Source: an uncultured Prevotellaceae bacterium (GTDB lineage: Bacteria > Bacteroidota > Bacteroidia > Bacteroidales > Bacteroidaceae). Taken from it: DNA of 64,000 bases. The DNA lies in the NCBI GenBank assembly GCA_902780635.1, contig CACZGH010000009.1:23557-87556 (forward strand). The letters run 5' to 3'. Under the pieces are notes generated by a model, which was not told the DNA's origin, ran no database searches, and saw nothing but the letters and a program-made list of their open reading frames with translations. The first letter of the stretch is position 1. Each line of letters starts with the position of its first letter. The translations under genes were made by a program, and so were the position numbers. Below are positions 1-8,550 of this stretch, piece by piece.

Positions 1-207
1 GCCAACCTCAACTCGCGCAGCCTACGTTTCGACTATGAAGACAATGCCGTCATCATCGACCCCTGCACCACACGCCAACTTTGTGACATGTTTGAGAGAG
101 ACAAGGCAAAGAGTTTCCGTCTCACAGAGGAAACATGGGATCAGTTCCGAACACGCTGGCAGAAGACACGCGGATGGTTCGCGCACTTGTTAAGTTCATG
201 GCTGTAA
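1..207 (+). CDS. 3' end of a phospholipase-D-family / cardiolipin-synthase-like gene (partial, start outside window)
   Basis: Frame 1 is open from base 1 to TAA at 205-207. The translation ANLNSRSLRFDYEDNAVIIDP... resembles the segment after the second HKD motif of cardiolipin synthases. It is absent from the ORF track because it has no start in the window. Confidence 0.5.
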   Translation, partial: ANLNSRSLRFDYEDNAVIIDPCTTRQLCDMFERDKAKSFRLTEETWDQFRTRWQKTRGWFAHLLSSWL

Positions 208-235
208 ACAGCAGAAAAGCAGGGAAAAAGAAAAC

Positions 236-829
236 TTAAATCATATCCATGTCAACATATCCGTTGACAACCGCATAGATAGTCAGACCTGACACACTGC
301 GGATACCCAGTTTGTCCATAATATTCTTGCGGTGCGTGATGACAGTGGTCAGACTGATATTGAGACGGTCGGCAATCTCTTTATTGATATACCCCTGAAC
401 AATCAGTGTGAGCACCTCCACCTCACGCACAGAGAGCGTCTTGGGCACAGAGGGAAGCGATGAGGGAGGCAGATGGCGACCATGAGAATGGGCATGCTGC
501 TGCAAAGCCAACAACGAGCGCACCAATTGTTTCTCTGGCTGTGTCACACAGATACAATGAAAATCGGACAACTGCGACGCATGTTCCAGTGTGCGCGTGA
601 GGACGATGGTCTTGCGCTTATTTTCCTGAAAAAAAGACCTATTGGTAAGAAAAACACTGATATCCACAAAAAAGTGGGCAAACAATTCCGGCCCGGTCTC
701 CATCAATTCTTCAACCGTGTTGAAAGTCTCCACCGTCATAATAGGGATGACCGTCTGCAACAATTGACGTAATCCCATGACGGCGAGTGTATCAGGGCTG
801 ATAATGGAGACGACGGGCTTGACTGTCAT
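236..829 (-). CDS. LuxR-family transcriptional regulator with receiver-like N-terminal domain
   Basis: The C-terminal LSVREVEVLTLIVQGYINKEIADRLNISLTTVITHRKNIMDKLG is a LuxR/GerE HTH. The ORF-track start at 838 is TTG. The ATG at 829 overlaps the nrdG stop as ATGA. Confidence 0.8.
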   Translation of the reverse strand: MTVKPVVSIISPDTLAVMGLRQLLQTVIPIMTVETFNTVEELMETGPELFAHFFVDISVFLTNRSFFQENKRKTIVLTRTLEHASQLSDFHCICVTQPEKQLVRSLLALQQHAHSHGRHLPPSSLPSVPKTLSVREVEVLTLIVQGYINKEIADRLNISLTTVITHRKNIMDKLGIRSVSGLTIYAVVNGYVDMDMI

Positions 830-1290
830 TTTCTCCAAAAACGTGAGGTGATATCCATAAAGTCATCGCCTGATGCCCGCTTATATAGACGCTGATTGGT
901 GGTGCGCTCTTTCAGGCACCCCAAATGGGCAATATAGGGACCAACCTTGATATAGTCAAAGTCTGACTTCTTCACCACCGACGGAATACGTTGGCGCCCA
1001 CTATACCAGGCCACCTTATAATCAGGATGCTCCCTGTGGATATAACGCGCCAACGTATTGATGTAAGTCGGTTCTGAGTCACCGCCCATAAAGGCGATGC
1101 AGGTGATGCCGTCATACGTTCTGAGCATCTGGCTGATCACCATAGGCGTCAGAGGTGTGCCGATGTTCTCCCAAAGATACTTACTGTGACACCCGGGACA
1201 ATGGCAAGGACAATTGGCAATATTGATGGCCAATGTCACCTCATCGGGTATTTCCTGAAAAACTACTCCTGTATTAACGTACTTCAGCAT
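826..1290 (-). CDS. nrdG: anaerobic ribonucleoside-triphosphate reductase activating protein (radical SAM)
   Basis: Carries the CX3CX2C motif (C-PCH-C-PG-C), is 154 aa long, and lies directly downstream of nrdD. Confidence 0.85.
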   Translation of the reverse strand: MLKYVNTGVVFQEIPDEVTLAINIANCPCHCPGCHSKYLWENIGTPLTPMVISQMLRTYDGITCIAFMGGDSEPTYINTLARYIHREHPDYKVAWYSGRQRIPSVVKKSDFDYIKVGPYIAHLGCLKERTTNQRLYKRASGDDFMDITSRFWRK

Positions 1291-1326
1291 CTCTATGATT
1301 GTAGGTTATGAATGAAATAAACTTGA

Positions 1327-3429
1327 TTATGATAGCCTTGTAGCGTCGGCATAATATCTGCGATGTGCCTCTTCCTGACGTGGCTGAGAGAAATTGCTCA
1401 CACGCTTGAGATAGCCAATGATGCGGGTCATATAGTCCACATTCTTGGAGTGGCAATGAGGACACTCTTTGAGATAGCGCTTGTCGATATGTCCGCAATC
1501 ATTGCAGATGGTGTTGGGTATATTGAACGTGAAGTAATTGCATCCCTCTTTGGCAGCCACCCGCAGCAACTGACGATACTGTGCCTGCGACAAGTGCTCC
1601 TCAAGATTCATATGAAGCGCGGAGCCGCCAGTTAGGTGCTCGATATAGGGTGCACCATGAAGCTTGAATTTATCGATGATGCTCAGCGAATCATCCTCTA
1701 CAACGTAGAAATAACTGTTGTAGCAGTCACGTGGCACAAAATAGCCGTCCTCACGGTCCCATTTGGCATGTTTCACACCCACGTTCTCTGCTGGTATCAT
1801 CTCGCAATTGAACAGCACATCCTTCGTGCGGTACTGTTTGTTGTATTTCTCTACCAACCCCAGCACTGTCTGCACAAAGTGCAAATAATCAGGGTTGTCA
1901 TTGATTTGAAGTCCCATAAACTCTGCGGCCTCCACCAGTCCGTTGACACCTATGGTGAGATACTGGCGACCGATATTGATGTAGCCAGCGTCGAAGAGCG
2001 GTAGCATGCCATGCTCCTTGAGGTCTTTCAAGTTCTCATTATAGGCCAGCTGCACCTTATGGCAGAGGTCAATGACCTCTGAAAGATACTCTTTGTAGTC
2101 AATTTTGTTGTTGACCGCATATTGTATGCACCGGTTGAGGTTGATAGTGAGCACACTCTTCGATCCTGTCGACACGCCACCAGCTCCAAGTGTATAACTG
2201 AAGCCATTGTCCTGTATCTCGTTGCGAAGACGGCAGCACGAACTCAATGAGTCGGCATTGTCGCTCATATAGGTGAAGAAGGAATGGCCATTGGCATACA
2301 TCTCTGCAGTGAAGTCACCCCACTCTTTGTCAATCACATCACCGTCTTGGGTCAACAAAGCCATCGTCTCAACAGGGAACGTGAGCACGGCTTTGGTGCG
2401 CTCCTTGTTAAACCACTTCATAAACCGTTTCTGAAGCCAGGAAAGTCCCTCCCAGTCTGGCTGTGAGCCGTCGGGGAAATAGAAATTGCCAAAGAGGCTC
2501 TCGAAATAGTATTTGTCATAATAAGCAATATTCCAGAAAACGGCCTGATAATTGCGGGCACCGGTAGGTTGGTTGATAGAATAGACAATCTGCTCAAAAC
2601 AGTCGGTGATCATCTTGTCTACCGAACGCTGCTTAACAGAGAGGTCCACCACACGGTCTGGATCTTTCCAATAATCTTTGCCATACTCCATACCGATGAA
2701 ATAGTTGAGATACATCAGAAATTCTGGAGTGGCACAAGCACCACTGAGCATGCTCGACACCATGAACACCATATTGACAAATCCACCACAGAACGACTTG
2801 AGATTGGTGGGCGCAGTGGAGTTGCCGCCTATCGACATCGTACCACCTATGAGCCATGGGTACATGGTGATGGAGGCACAGTAATTGGCGAGAGAGGTCT
2901 CGTCGTTCTTATAGATAAAATGGTGTGTGAGTTTATCAATATACTCGTCGGCCAATTCTTTGCCGTACATTTTCTTGATACGGTCGGTGAGAAGGCGGCG
3001 GTTGAGTCGGATAAAACTTGACTTAGGCAATTCACCGATGAGCGTGGCAATATTTTTATGTTCAACATTGGCATTGGCATCATACTTTGAGCCGGTAGCT
3101 GCATTGGCAGCATCAACATAGTCTGCCAAAAAACGCAACCGCTCCATCGTCTCGCGGTCTTCTGTATGCTTCTGGCGGTAGAGCATAAACGACTTGGCCA
3201 CCTTGTAGTGTCCCTCCTTCATCAGAGCCTCTTCGACCATATTCTGGATGTCCTCTACAGTGATATTGTCTTTAATATCTAAATGACTGAGTATCTTAGA
3301 GATAGACCCCAAATCTATTTCCTGATCGACCGACTGGAAAGCCTTCACAATCGCAGTCATTATCTTGTCAAGTGAAAAGCGGTCACTCTTGCCATCACGC
3401 TTCAAAATAGTGAATTCTCTCATTTCCAT
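1327..3429 (-). CDS. nrdD: anaerobic ribonucleoside-triphosphate reductase (class III)
   Basis: Has an ATP-cone-like N-terminus (ILKRDGKSDRF), a C-terminal Cys4 zinc ribbon (CNDCGH...CPHCH) and the glycyl-radical motif TRIIGYLKRV. The ORF-track start at 3468 is TTG. The first in-frame ATG is 3429. Confidence 0.93.
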   Translation of the reverse strand: MEMREFTILKRDGKSDRFSLDKIMTAIVKAFQSVDQEIDLGSISKILSHLDIKDNITVEDIQNMVEEALMKEGHYKVAKSFMLYRQKHTEDRETMERLRFLADYVDAANAATGSKYDANANVEHKNIATLIGELPKSSFIRLNRRLLTDRIKKMYGKELADEYIDKLTHHFIYKNDETSLANYCASITMYPWLIGGTMSIGGNSTAPTNLKSFCGGFVNMVFMVSSMLSGACATPEFLMYLNYFIGMEYGKDYWKDPDRVVDLSVKQRSVDKMITDCFEQIVYSINQPTGARNYQAVFWNIAYYDKYYFESLFGNFYFPDGSQPDWEGLSWLQKRFMKWFNKERTKAVLTFPVETMALLTQDGDVIDKEWGDFTAEMYANGHSFFTYMSDNADSLSSCCRLRNEIQDNGFSYTLGAGGVSTGSKSVLTINLNRCIQYAVNNKIDYKEYLSEVIDLCHKVQLAYNENLKDLKEHGMLPLFDAGYINIGRQYLTIGVNGLVEAAEFMGLQINDNPDYLHFVQTVLGLVEKYNKQYRTKDVLFNCEMIPAENVGVKHAKWDREDGYFVPRDCYNSYFYVVEDDSLSIIDKFKLHGAPYIEHLTGGSALHMNLEEHLSQAQYRQLLRVAAKEGCNYFTFNIPNTICNDCGHIDKRYLKECPHCHSKNVDYMTRIIGYLKRVSNFSQPRQEEAHRRYYADATRLS

Positions 3430-3546
3430 TCTTTCATTATTTGGGAAACTTTTCCAATCTTCTTTCAAAAAAAGTTTTCCATTTTGGACAACTTTATCCT
3501 TTGATTAAATATTCAAGTTAAAAATTTTGTTATTCGAAATCAATTG

Positions 3547-3554
3547 CAAAGATA
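3547..3554 (-). promoter_or_regulatory. Bacteroidota -7 promoter motif TATCTTTG upstream of nrdD
   Basis: Matches the TAnnTTTG consensus on the minus strand, about 120 nt upstream of the nrdD ATG in an AT-rich spacer. Confidence 0.45.
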
Positions 3555-3782
3555 ATACAATTATCCACGAAAAGAGTCACAATAGTGTATTAAAATTTTT
3601 GAATTTAAAATATTTTAATGATTTTTTCTTTACATATTGTGAAATGTTTGTTTAACCCAAAATGACTATGTGTTGAAGTATAATAACTTACATAAAAAAA
3701 TGCACACATTAGCCTTTTTGTGCTCCTTTGTGCAAATGTAAATGAATACTATACAATGTCCAAAAACATTTCTCAAGCACCC

Positions 3783-4181
3783 TCAAAACAATGCATACAA
3801 AGGGTAATGGTCACGGATGGAGAAATAGAGAAGAAGGGCATAAAAGCACATCAGAAAACCCATCACTATCCATCCAAGCGTATAAAACAATTTGTTATAA
3901 GGTATATCTTTCTGTGGTTGAAGAAAACGTAGGTAGACCAGCAATCCTAAGCCGGCAACCAGAATTTCCGCCACATGGCTCATGACGCTGCCATGCATCA
4001 GCATTTCTACTATCTGCTCTCCCTTGATCACAGCTCCTGCAAAAAGCGGGTAAATACAATTGTAAAGTGCATTCCTTGTCCGACGGTTTTGCCGTGACTT
4101 GTCTACACAAAACACCATCAGTCCAAGGATGGCCACCAAAATGACAATCTCACGAAACAAAGGATGGTAGAAGAGAGACAT
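3783..4181 (-). CDS. small integral membrane protein, unknown function
   Basis: 132 aa counted from ATG 4181 (MSLFYHPLF...), with about 4 hydrophobic helices. The longer ORF-track version (to 4310) reads through a heptamer repeat and a hairpin. Confidence 0.6.
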   Translation of the reverse strand: MSLFYHPLFREIVILVAILGLMVFCVDKSRQNRRTRNALYNCIYPLFAGAVIKGEQIVEMLMHGSVMSHVAEILVAGLGLLVYLRFLQPQKDIPYNKLFYTLGWIVMGFLMCFYALLLYFSIRDHYPLYALF

Positions 4182-4245
4182 GAAGATGAAAGATGAAAGA
4201 TGAAAAATGAAAAATGAAAGATGAAAGATGAAAATGAAAAGAAAA
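4182..4245. repeat. heptanucleotide tandem array (GATGAAA/AATGAAA)x~8
   Basis: Read directly: gaa gatgaaa gatgaaa gatgaaa aatgaaa aatgaaa gatgaaa gatgaaa atgaaaa. It abuts ATG 4181 of the membrane-protein gene. Confidence 0.9.
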
Positions 4246-4312
4246 AATTGAAGATTGAAAAGGGTTGAAGTCCTGACAGGGATCCTCAATCTCCAGTTTT
4301 CAATCTTCAATT
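4231..4312 (-). terminator. long hairpin plus T-rich tract just after the rny stop
   Basis: A perfect 16-bp inverted repeat pairs AATTGAAGATTGAAAA (4246-4261) with TTTTCAATCTTCAATT (4297-4312). On the minus strand it is followed by TTTTCTTTTCATTTT. Confidence 0.55.
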
Positions 4313-4320
4313 ATGATTTT

Positions 4321-5862
4321 TTATTTGGCGTAAGCCACAGAACGGGTCTCTCGGATGACAGTGATTTTCACCTGACCGGGATAAGTCATTTCATTCTGTA
4401 TCTTATTGGCTATCTCACCAGAGAGGGCCTCCGTCTCCTTGTCGTCCATCTTATCGGCTCCGACGATGACACGAAGCTCACGTCCAGCCTGGATGGCATA
4501 GGTCTTGGTGACACCAGGATAACTCATGGCGATAGCTTCCAGGTCATTAAGTCGTTTGATATATGCCTCCACGATCTCACGACGTGCGCCAGGACGTGCT
4601 CCCGAGATGGCGTCACAAGTCTGAACGATAGGTGCAAGTAGCGTATTCATCTCCATCTCGTCATGGTGTGCTCCGATGGCGTTGCAGATGTCGGGCTTCT
4701 CTTTATACTTCTCAGCGATTTTGGCACCATAAAGTGCGTGTGGCAGATCACTCTCTTCATCGGGCACTTTTCCGATGTCATGAAGCAAGCCGGCTCTCTT
4801 GGCCTTCTTTGGGTTGAGGCCCAGTTCCGAAGCCATCACAGCACAGAGGTTAGCGGTCTCACGTGCATGCTGCAGAAGATTCTGACCATACGATGAGCGA
4901 TATTTCATCTTGCCGATGATGCGTATCAACTCTGGGTGAAGCCCATGGATACCCAAGTCGATGGCAGTACGCTTACCCGTCTCGATCACTTCATTCTCCA
5001 ACTGCTTCTTGACCTTTGCCACCACTTCCTCGATACGGGCAGGATGGATACGTCCGTCAGCTACCAATTGATGGAGGGCAAGCCTGCATACCTCTCTCCT
5101 GATCGGGTCAAAAGCAGAGATGACGATAGCCTCTGGGGTGTCGTCGACGACAATTTCCACACCAGTGGCGGCTTCCAAAGCCCGGATGTTACGTCCTTCA
5201 CGACCGATGATACGTCCTTTCACCTCGTCATTATCTATATGGAAGACGCTGACAGAGTTCTCAATAGCTGTCTCAGTGGCAACACGTTGTATCGTCTGTA
5301 TGACAATTTTCTTGGCCTGGGCATTGGCATTGAGTTTGGCCTCATCCATAATCTCGTTCACATAGCTGGCAGCATCAGTACGTGCCTCGTCTTTCAAACT
5401 CTCCACAAGTCTGTTCTTGGCCTCTTCTGCACTCAGACCAGAGAGTTCCTCCAGCTTTTCACGCTCCTGGTTCTGCATCTTCTCCAGTTCTTCTTGCTTG
5501 ATAATGAGCAGTTTCTTTTCATTATCAATGCGTTTCTGTCCCTGCTCGATTTCCTGCTTCTTACGGCCCAGCTCTTCCTGTCGCTGGTTGAGCGAGATTT
5601 CACGTTGTTTCAGTCTGCTTTCACTCTGCTGGAGTTTCTGGTTGCGTACCTGAACCTCTTTTTCAAGCTCTGCTTTCTTGTTGATGAATTTCTCTTTTAC
5701 CTCAAGGAGTTTTTTCTCCTTGATGACTTCAGATTCTTTTTGGGCTGTATCAATCATCTCGTTGTATTTGCCTTTGATGACATGCATAAACAGCATGTAT
5801 CCTGCAATGGCACCTACCACGAGACATACGAGTCCCACAATTATTGTCGTAAGTATTTCCAT
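4321..5862 (-). CDS. rny: ribonuclease Y
   Basis: Has an N-terminal TM helix, a long coiled coil, a KH motif ([12 protein letters not shown]) and an HD domain (LLHDIGK). Confidence 0.95.
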   Translation of the reverse strand: MEILTTIIVGLVCLVVGAIAGYMLFMHVIKGKYNEMIDTAQKESEVIKEKKLLEVKEKFINKKAELEKEVQVRNQKLQQSESRLKQREISLNQRQEELGRKKQEIEQGQKRIDNEKKLLIIKQEELEKMQNQEREKLEELSGLSAEEAKNRLVESLKDEARTDAASYVNEIMDEAKLNANAQAKKIVIQTIQRVATETAIENSVSVFHIDNDEVKGRIIGREGRNIRALEAATGVEIVVDDTPEAIVISAFDPIRREVCRLALHQLVADGRIHPARIEEVVAKVKKQLENEVIETGKRTAIDLGIHGLHPELIRIIGKMKYRSSYGQNLLQHARETANLCAVMASELGLNPKKAKRAGLLHDIGKVPDEESDLPHALYGAKIAEKYKEKPDICNAIGAHHDEMEMNTLLAPIVQTCDAISGARPGARREIVEAYIKRLNDLEAIAMSYPGVTKTYAIQAGRELRVIVGADKMDDKETEALSGEIANKIQNEMTYPGQVKITVIRETRSVAYAK

Positions 5863-5959
5863 GTTAAATTAATAGTATAATAATAAAATGATATTCTCTC
5901 TCATCGATACGTGCCGCAAAACGCCCCCACCCATGTGGAGACCTCATGCTCATAGCCCC

Positions 5960-6271
5960 TCATCGGCTTTCGCTGCTGAGTGTTTGCTCAATTTCTGAAG
6001 TGATTGTCCGGAGAATATCGGTATAGGGCGTTGTATCGTTGCGAACCGCCTCCAACTCATATTTGAGGGCGACATCCATCAACGCCATATACAATATGTC
6101 TATAGTGCTCATTTGTCCATTGGACTGAGCAGTATAGGCAGCCACTGTATTGGTGGCAAATTTTGCAGCTTTGCGATACATCTCTTCCTCATCAGCATAA
6201 ATCTTGATAGGAAATTCCTTATCGTAAATGTGCAATCTTATGGATCGTAGTTCTCTTTTTTCTTCAGACAT
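5960..6271 (-). CDS. zapA: cell division protein ZapA-like
   Basis: 103 aa, with size and sequence style typical of ZapA (IRLHIYDKEFPIKI...), and located immediately upstream of rny as in other Bacteroidales. Confidence 0.7.
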   Translation of the reverse strand: MSEEKRELRSIRLHIYDKEFPIKIYADEEEMYRKAAKFATNTVAAYTAQSNGQMSTIDILYMALMDVALKYELEAVRNDTTPYTDILRTITSEIEQTLSSESR

Positions 6272-6279
6272 TGCTCACG

Positions 6280-6573
6280 TTATTTCTCACTCAGTAGCGT
6301 GATACATTTGTTGACATTGCGGATGAGCTTAGTGATTTTTGCCTTCGCCACATCCATGTCTTCATCCGAGACCTCAAGCATCCTTGCGGTCTTCAGGGTT
6401 TTGTAGTCTTTTTCCTTACGACGTAGCTTTTCCTCCAGATCTTTAATGATAGCATCCCGATCCTTCAGTTGTGCCCTCAGTTCCTCATTGGCTTTCCGAT
6501 ACTCCTCGAATCTCAGCATCAATTGCCTGACTCTAGTGGTGAAAAGCGTTATAGTCTTCTCCTGGGTGCTCAT
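6280..6573 (-). CDS. small coiled-coil protein, unknown function
   Basis: 97 aa counted from ATG 6573 (the ORF-track start at 6594 is TTG). It is heptad-rich and charged (ELRAQLKDRDAIIKDLEEKLRRKEKDYKTLK) and ends 8 nt upstream of zapA. Confidence 0.6.
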   Translation of the reverse strand: MSTQEKTITLFTTRVRQLMLRFEEYRKANEELRAQLKDRDAIIKDLEEKLRRKEKDYKTLKTARMLEVSDEDMDVAKAKITKLIRNVNKCITLLSEK

Positions 6574-6643
6574 GTCGTTGATATTTGGCCACAAAATTAC
6601 TGCATAAAATCATAAAAACCAAAAAAAAGGGCGACTTTTTATG

Positions 6644-7276
6644 CTATGCCTTTTCGTTTGCGTCTTTGGGTCTTGGCTCTTTCTTGGCAAGCATCACCAC
6701 CTGATAGACGAAGTCTGTCATCCACTTCTGGCTAAAGCCCAACTTGTTGTTGAGTTGTCTGATTGACAGCACCGTTTTCACAACACCTGGGTCTTTGTAA
6801 TCATTTTTGGTAAATATGTCTGCCACAGTCTTCTCCGTCATCGCATACAAAGCCTTTTTCATAAACGACGGCATTCTAATCTTAAACTTCATAAGATTGC
6901 CCATCAACATCATCAAGTCTTGTGAAAAAGCTTGGAACTGATACATAAAGGGCTGCACATCCTGCAACTTGCGGCAGTTTTTCTTGATGGTGGCATCAAT
7001 TTCCTTGAAGAAGGAATCATCTGTTTTGTAAATTTCCTTCATCATCTTCCTGCAATGACTCTTCTCACCCACACCCAGTTTATTGTTGACAGTGGGCACC
7101 TTGAGAGTGGTTTTGAAAGTGCGCAAGTCGGGCAGCATGCCAAGATTGGTGATACCTATATTTGAAGCGATGGAGGCCTGAAAATAGACCCTGATGAGGG
7201 TCATGTAGTCTTCCATGCCGCCTATTCTCATCTCGCTATCCTTTTTCTTTCCAAACAATTTTGATAATAATCCCAT
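6644..7276 (-). CDS. hypothetical protein (210 aa)
   Basis: A clean ORF with an ATG start and a TAACTTTG motif 26 nt upstream. I recognise no family. Confidence 0.6.
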   Translation of the reverse strand: MGLLSKLFGKKKDSEMRIGGMEDYMTLIRVYFQASIASNIGITNLGMLPDLRTFKTTLKVPTVNNKLGVGEKSHCRKMMKEIYKTDDSFFKEIDATIKKNCRKLQDVQPFMYQFQAFSQDLMMLMGNLMKFKIRMPSFMKKALYAMTEKTVADIFTKNDYKDPGVVKTVLSIRQLNNKLGFSQKWMTDFVYQVVMLAKKEPRPKDANEKA

Positions 7277-7301
7277 GAGTATGATAAATTTAAAATTTCT
7301 G

Positions 7302-7309
7302 CAAAGTTA
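7302..7309 (-). promoter_or_regulatory. -7 promoter motif TAACTTTG upstream of the 6644-7276 gene
   Basis: Matches TAnnTTTG on the minus strand. Confidence 0.45.
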
Positions 7310-7551
7310 CGAAAAGTCGAGAGGAAAACGAAAAGAATTCTTTCTTTTCTTTTCCCGAGACGAAGTAACTTCGCTGATTCATCGGCAAAGTTACAACAAA
7401 AACAACACAAAACAAAACAAAACCTGAAATTTCAAATAGTTGGCTGTTTAATTCGTCATTTCATCCACCTCTTACACATCACATATTCTAAAGAAATAAT
7501 AAAAAAATCAATTTTTCATTTAAGATGTTTTAGTATTACAACTTTTCTTTG

Positions 7552-7559
7552 TAACTTTG
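7552..7559 (+). promoter_or_regulatory. -7 promoter motif TAACTTTG upstream of rfbA
   Basis: Matches TAnnTTTG, 85 nt before ATG 7644. Confidence 0.45.
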
Positions 7560-7643
7560 CGCGCAAATTTGTCAAAAGACAAGCAAGGAGGACTTGGATA
7601 TCCATAAAAGCGAAAATTTTTGCAGCAATTGATCATCACTGAC

Positions 7644-8516
7644 ATGAAAGGTATCGTATTAGCAGGTGGCTCAGGCACAAGGCTTTATCCCATTACAAAA
7701 GGCATAAGCAAGCAGTTGATCCCCATTTTCGACAAGCCCATGATTTATTATCCGATATCGGCGCTGATGCTCGCTGGTATCCGTGAAATATTGATTATCT
7801 CTACACCTCATGATTTGCCAAGCTTCAAGCGTCTGTTGGGAGACGGCAAAGATTTAGGGGTGTCTTTCTCTTACGCCGAGCAGCCTAGTCCCGACGGATT
7901 GGCACAGGCATTCATCATTGGAGAAGAGTTTATCGGAGATGACAATGTGTGTCTGGTCCTTGGAGACAACATCTTCTACGGAGCAGGATTTACTGGCATG
8001 CTACGCCAGAGTGTGGCCAACGCCGCCAACGGACTTGCCACCGTATTTGGTTATTTTGTCAATGACCCACAGCGCTATGGCGTGGCAGAGTTTGACAGCA
8101 AGGGCAACTGCTTAAGTATTGAGGAGAAACCAGCTCATCCAAAGAGCAATTATGCCGTCGTAGGACTCTATTTCTATCCCAACAGTGTGGTGGAAGTGGC
8201 CAAAGCTGTGAAACCCAGTGCCCGCGGTGAACTTGAGATCACCTCAGTCAACCAAGAATACCTCCGACGCAACATTCTGAAAGTGCAAACTTTACAGCGC
8301 GGTTTCGCATGGTTGGACACCGGCACACACGACAGCTTGGCAGAAGCCAGCAACTTCATAGAAGTAATCGAGAAACGCCAAGGCCTGAAAGTAGCCTGTC
8401 TGGAAGAGATCGCGTTCTGCAACGGTTGGATCAGCAAAGAGGATTTAGAGCGGCTGGCCTTGCCAATGAAAAACAATGGCTACGGACAGTATTTGTTGAG
8501 TTTAATAAATAAATAA
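7644..8516 (+). CDS. rfbA: glucose-1-phosphate thymidylyltransferase
   Basis: [25 protein letters not shown]... is the canonical RfbA/RmlA N-terminus. The ORF-track start at 7620 is TTG. Confidence 0.93.
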   Translation: MKGIVLAGGSGTRLYPITKGISKQLIPIFDKPMIYYPISALMLAGIREILIISTPHDLPSFKRLLGDGKDLGVSFSYAEQPSPDGLAQAFIIGEEFIGDDNVCLVLGDNIFYGAGFTGMLRQSVANAANGLATVFGYFVNDPQRYGVAEFDSKGNCLSIEEKPAHPKSNYAVVGLYFYPNSVVEVAKAVKPSARGELEITSVNQEYLRRNILKVQTLQRGFAWLDTGTHDSLAEASNFIEVIEKRQGLKVACLEEIAFCNGWISKEDLERLALPMKNNGYGQYLLSLINK

Positions 8517-8550
8517 GGTAAAGACATATATATAAACACAAAATAACAAA

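Noticed and set aside
3503-3518. TTGATTAAATATTCAA upstream of nrdD as a possible FNR/CRP-type box.
   Set aside because: Only the outer TTGA/TCAA are symmetric and the spacing does not fit TTGAT-N4-ATCAA. It also lies downstream of the likely -7 motif.
4182-4310. N-terminal 43-aa extension of the membrane protein ORF (start 4310).
   Set aside because: The extension is encoded entirely by a hairpin and a heptamer array, giving FLFIFIFHLSFFIFHLSSFIF. ATG 4181 gives a sensible protein. It is kept only as a possible phase-variation scenario.
4936-5880. 314-aa ORF on the + strand antisense to rny. The same class includes 9187-9840(-), 20895-21737(+), 27603-28301(+), 28477-29652(+), 37577-38461(+), 38589-39269(+), 48927-49844(-), 50502-51506(-) and 57727-58281(-).
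   Set aside because: Each lies entirely inside, and antisense to, a gene with unmistakable family motifs. Their translations are low-complexity or biased (L/F-, H/D-, R/G- or V/D-rich) with no recognisable motifs. This is the typical shadow-ORF pattern.
7386-7393. Second minus-strand TAACTTTG motif ~80 nt upstream of the first (7302-7309), with an imperfect palindrome around the GAATTC at 7346-7351 (about 7330-7370) between them.
   Set aside because: It could be a tandem promoter or a short leader RNA, but nothing beyond the 8-mer supports it. The hairpin is imperfect and A/T-rich.
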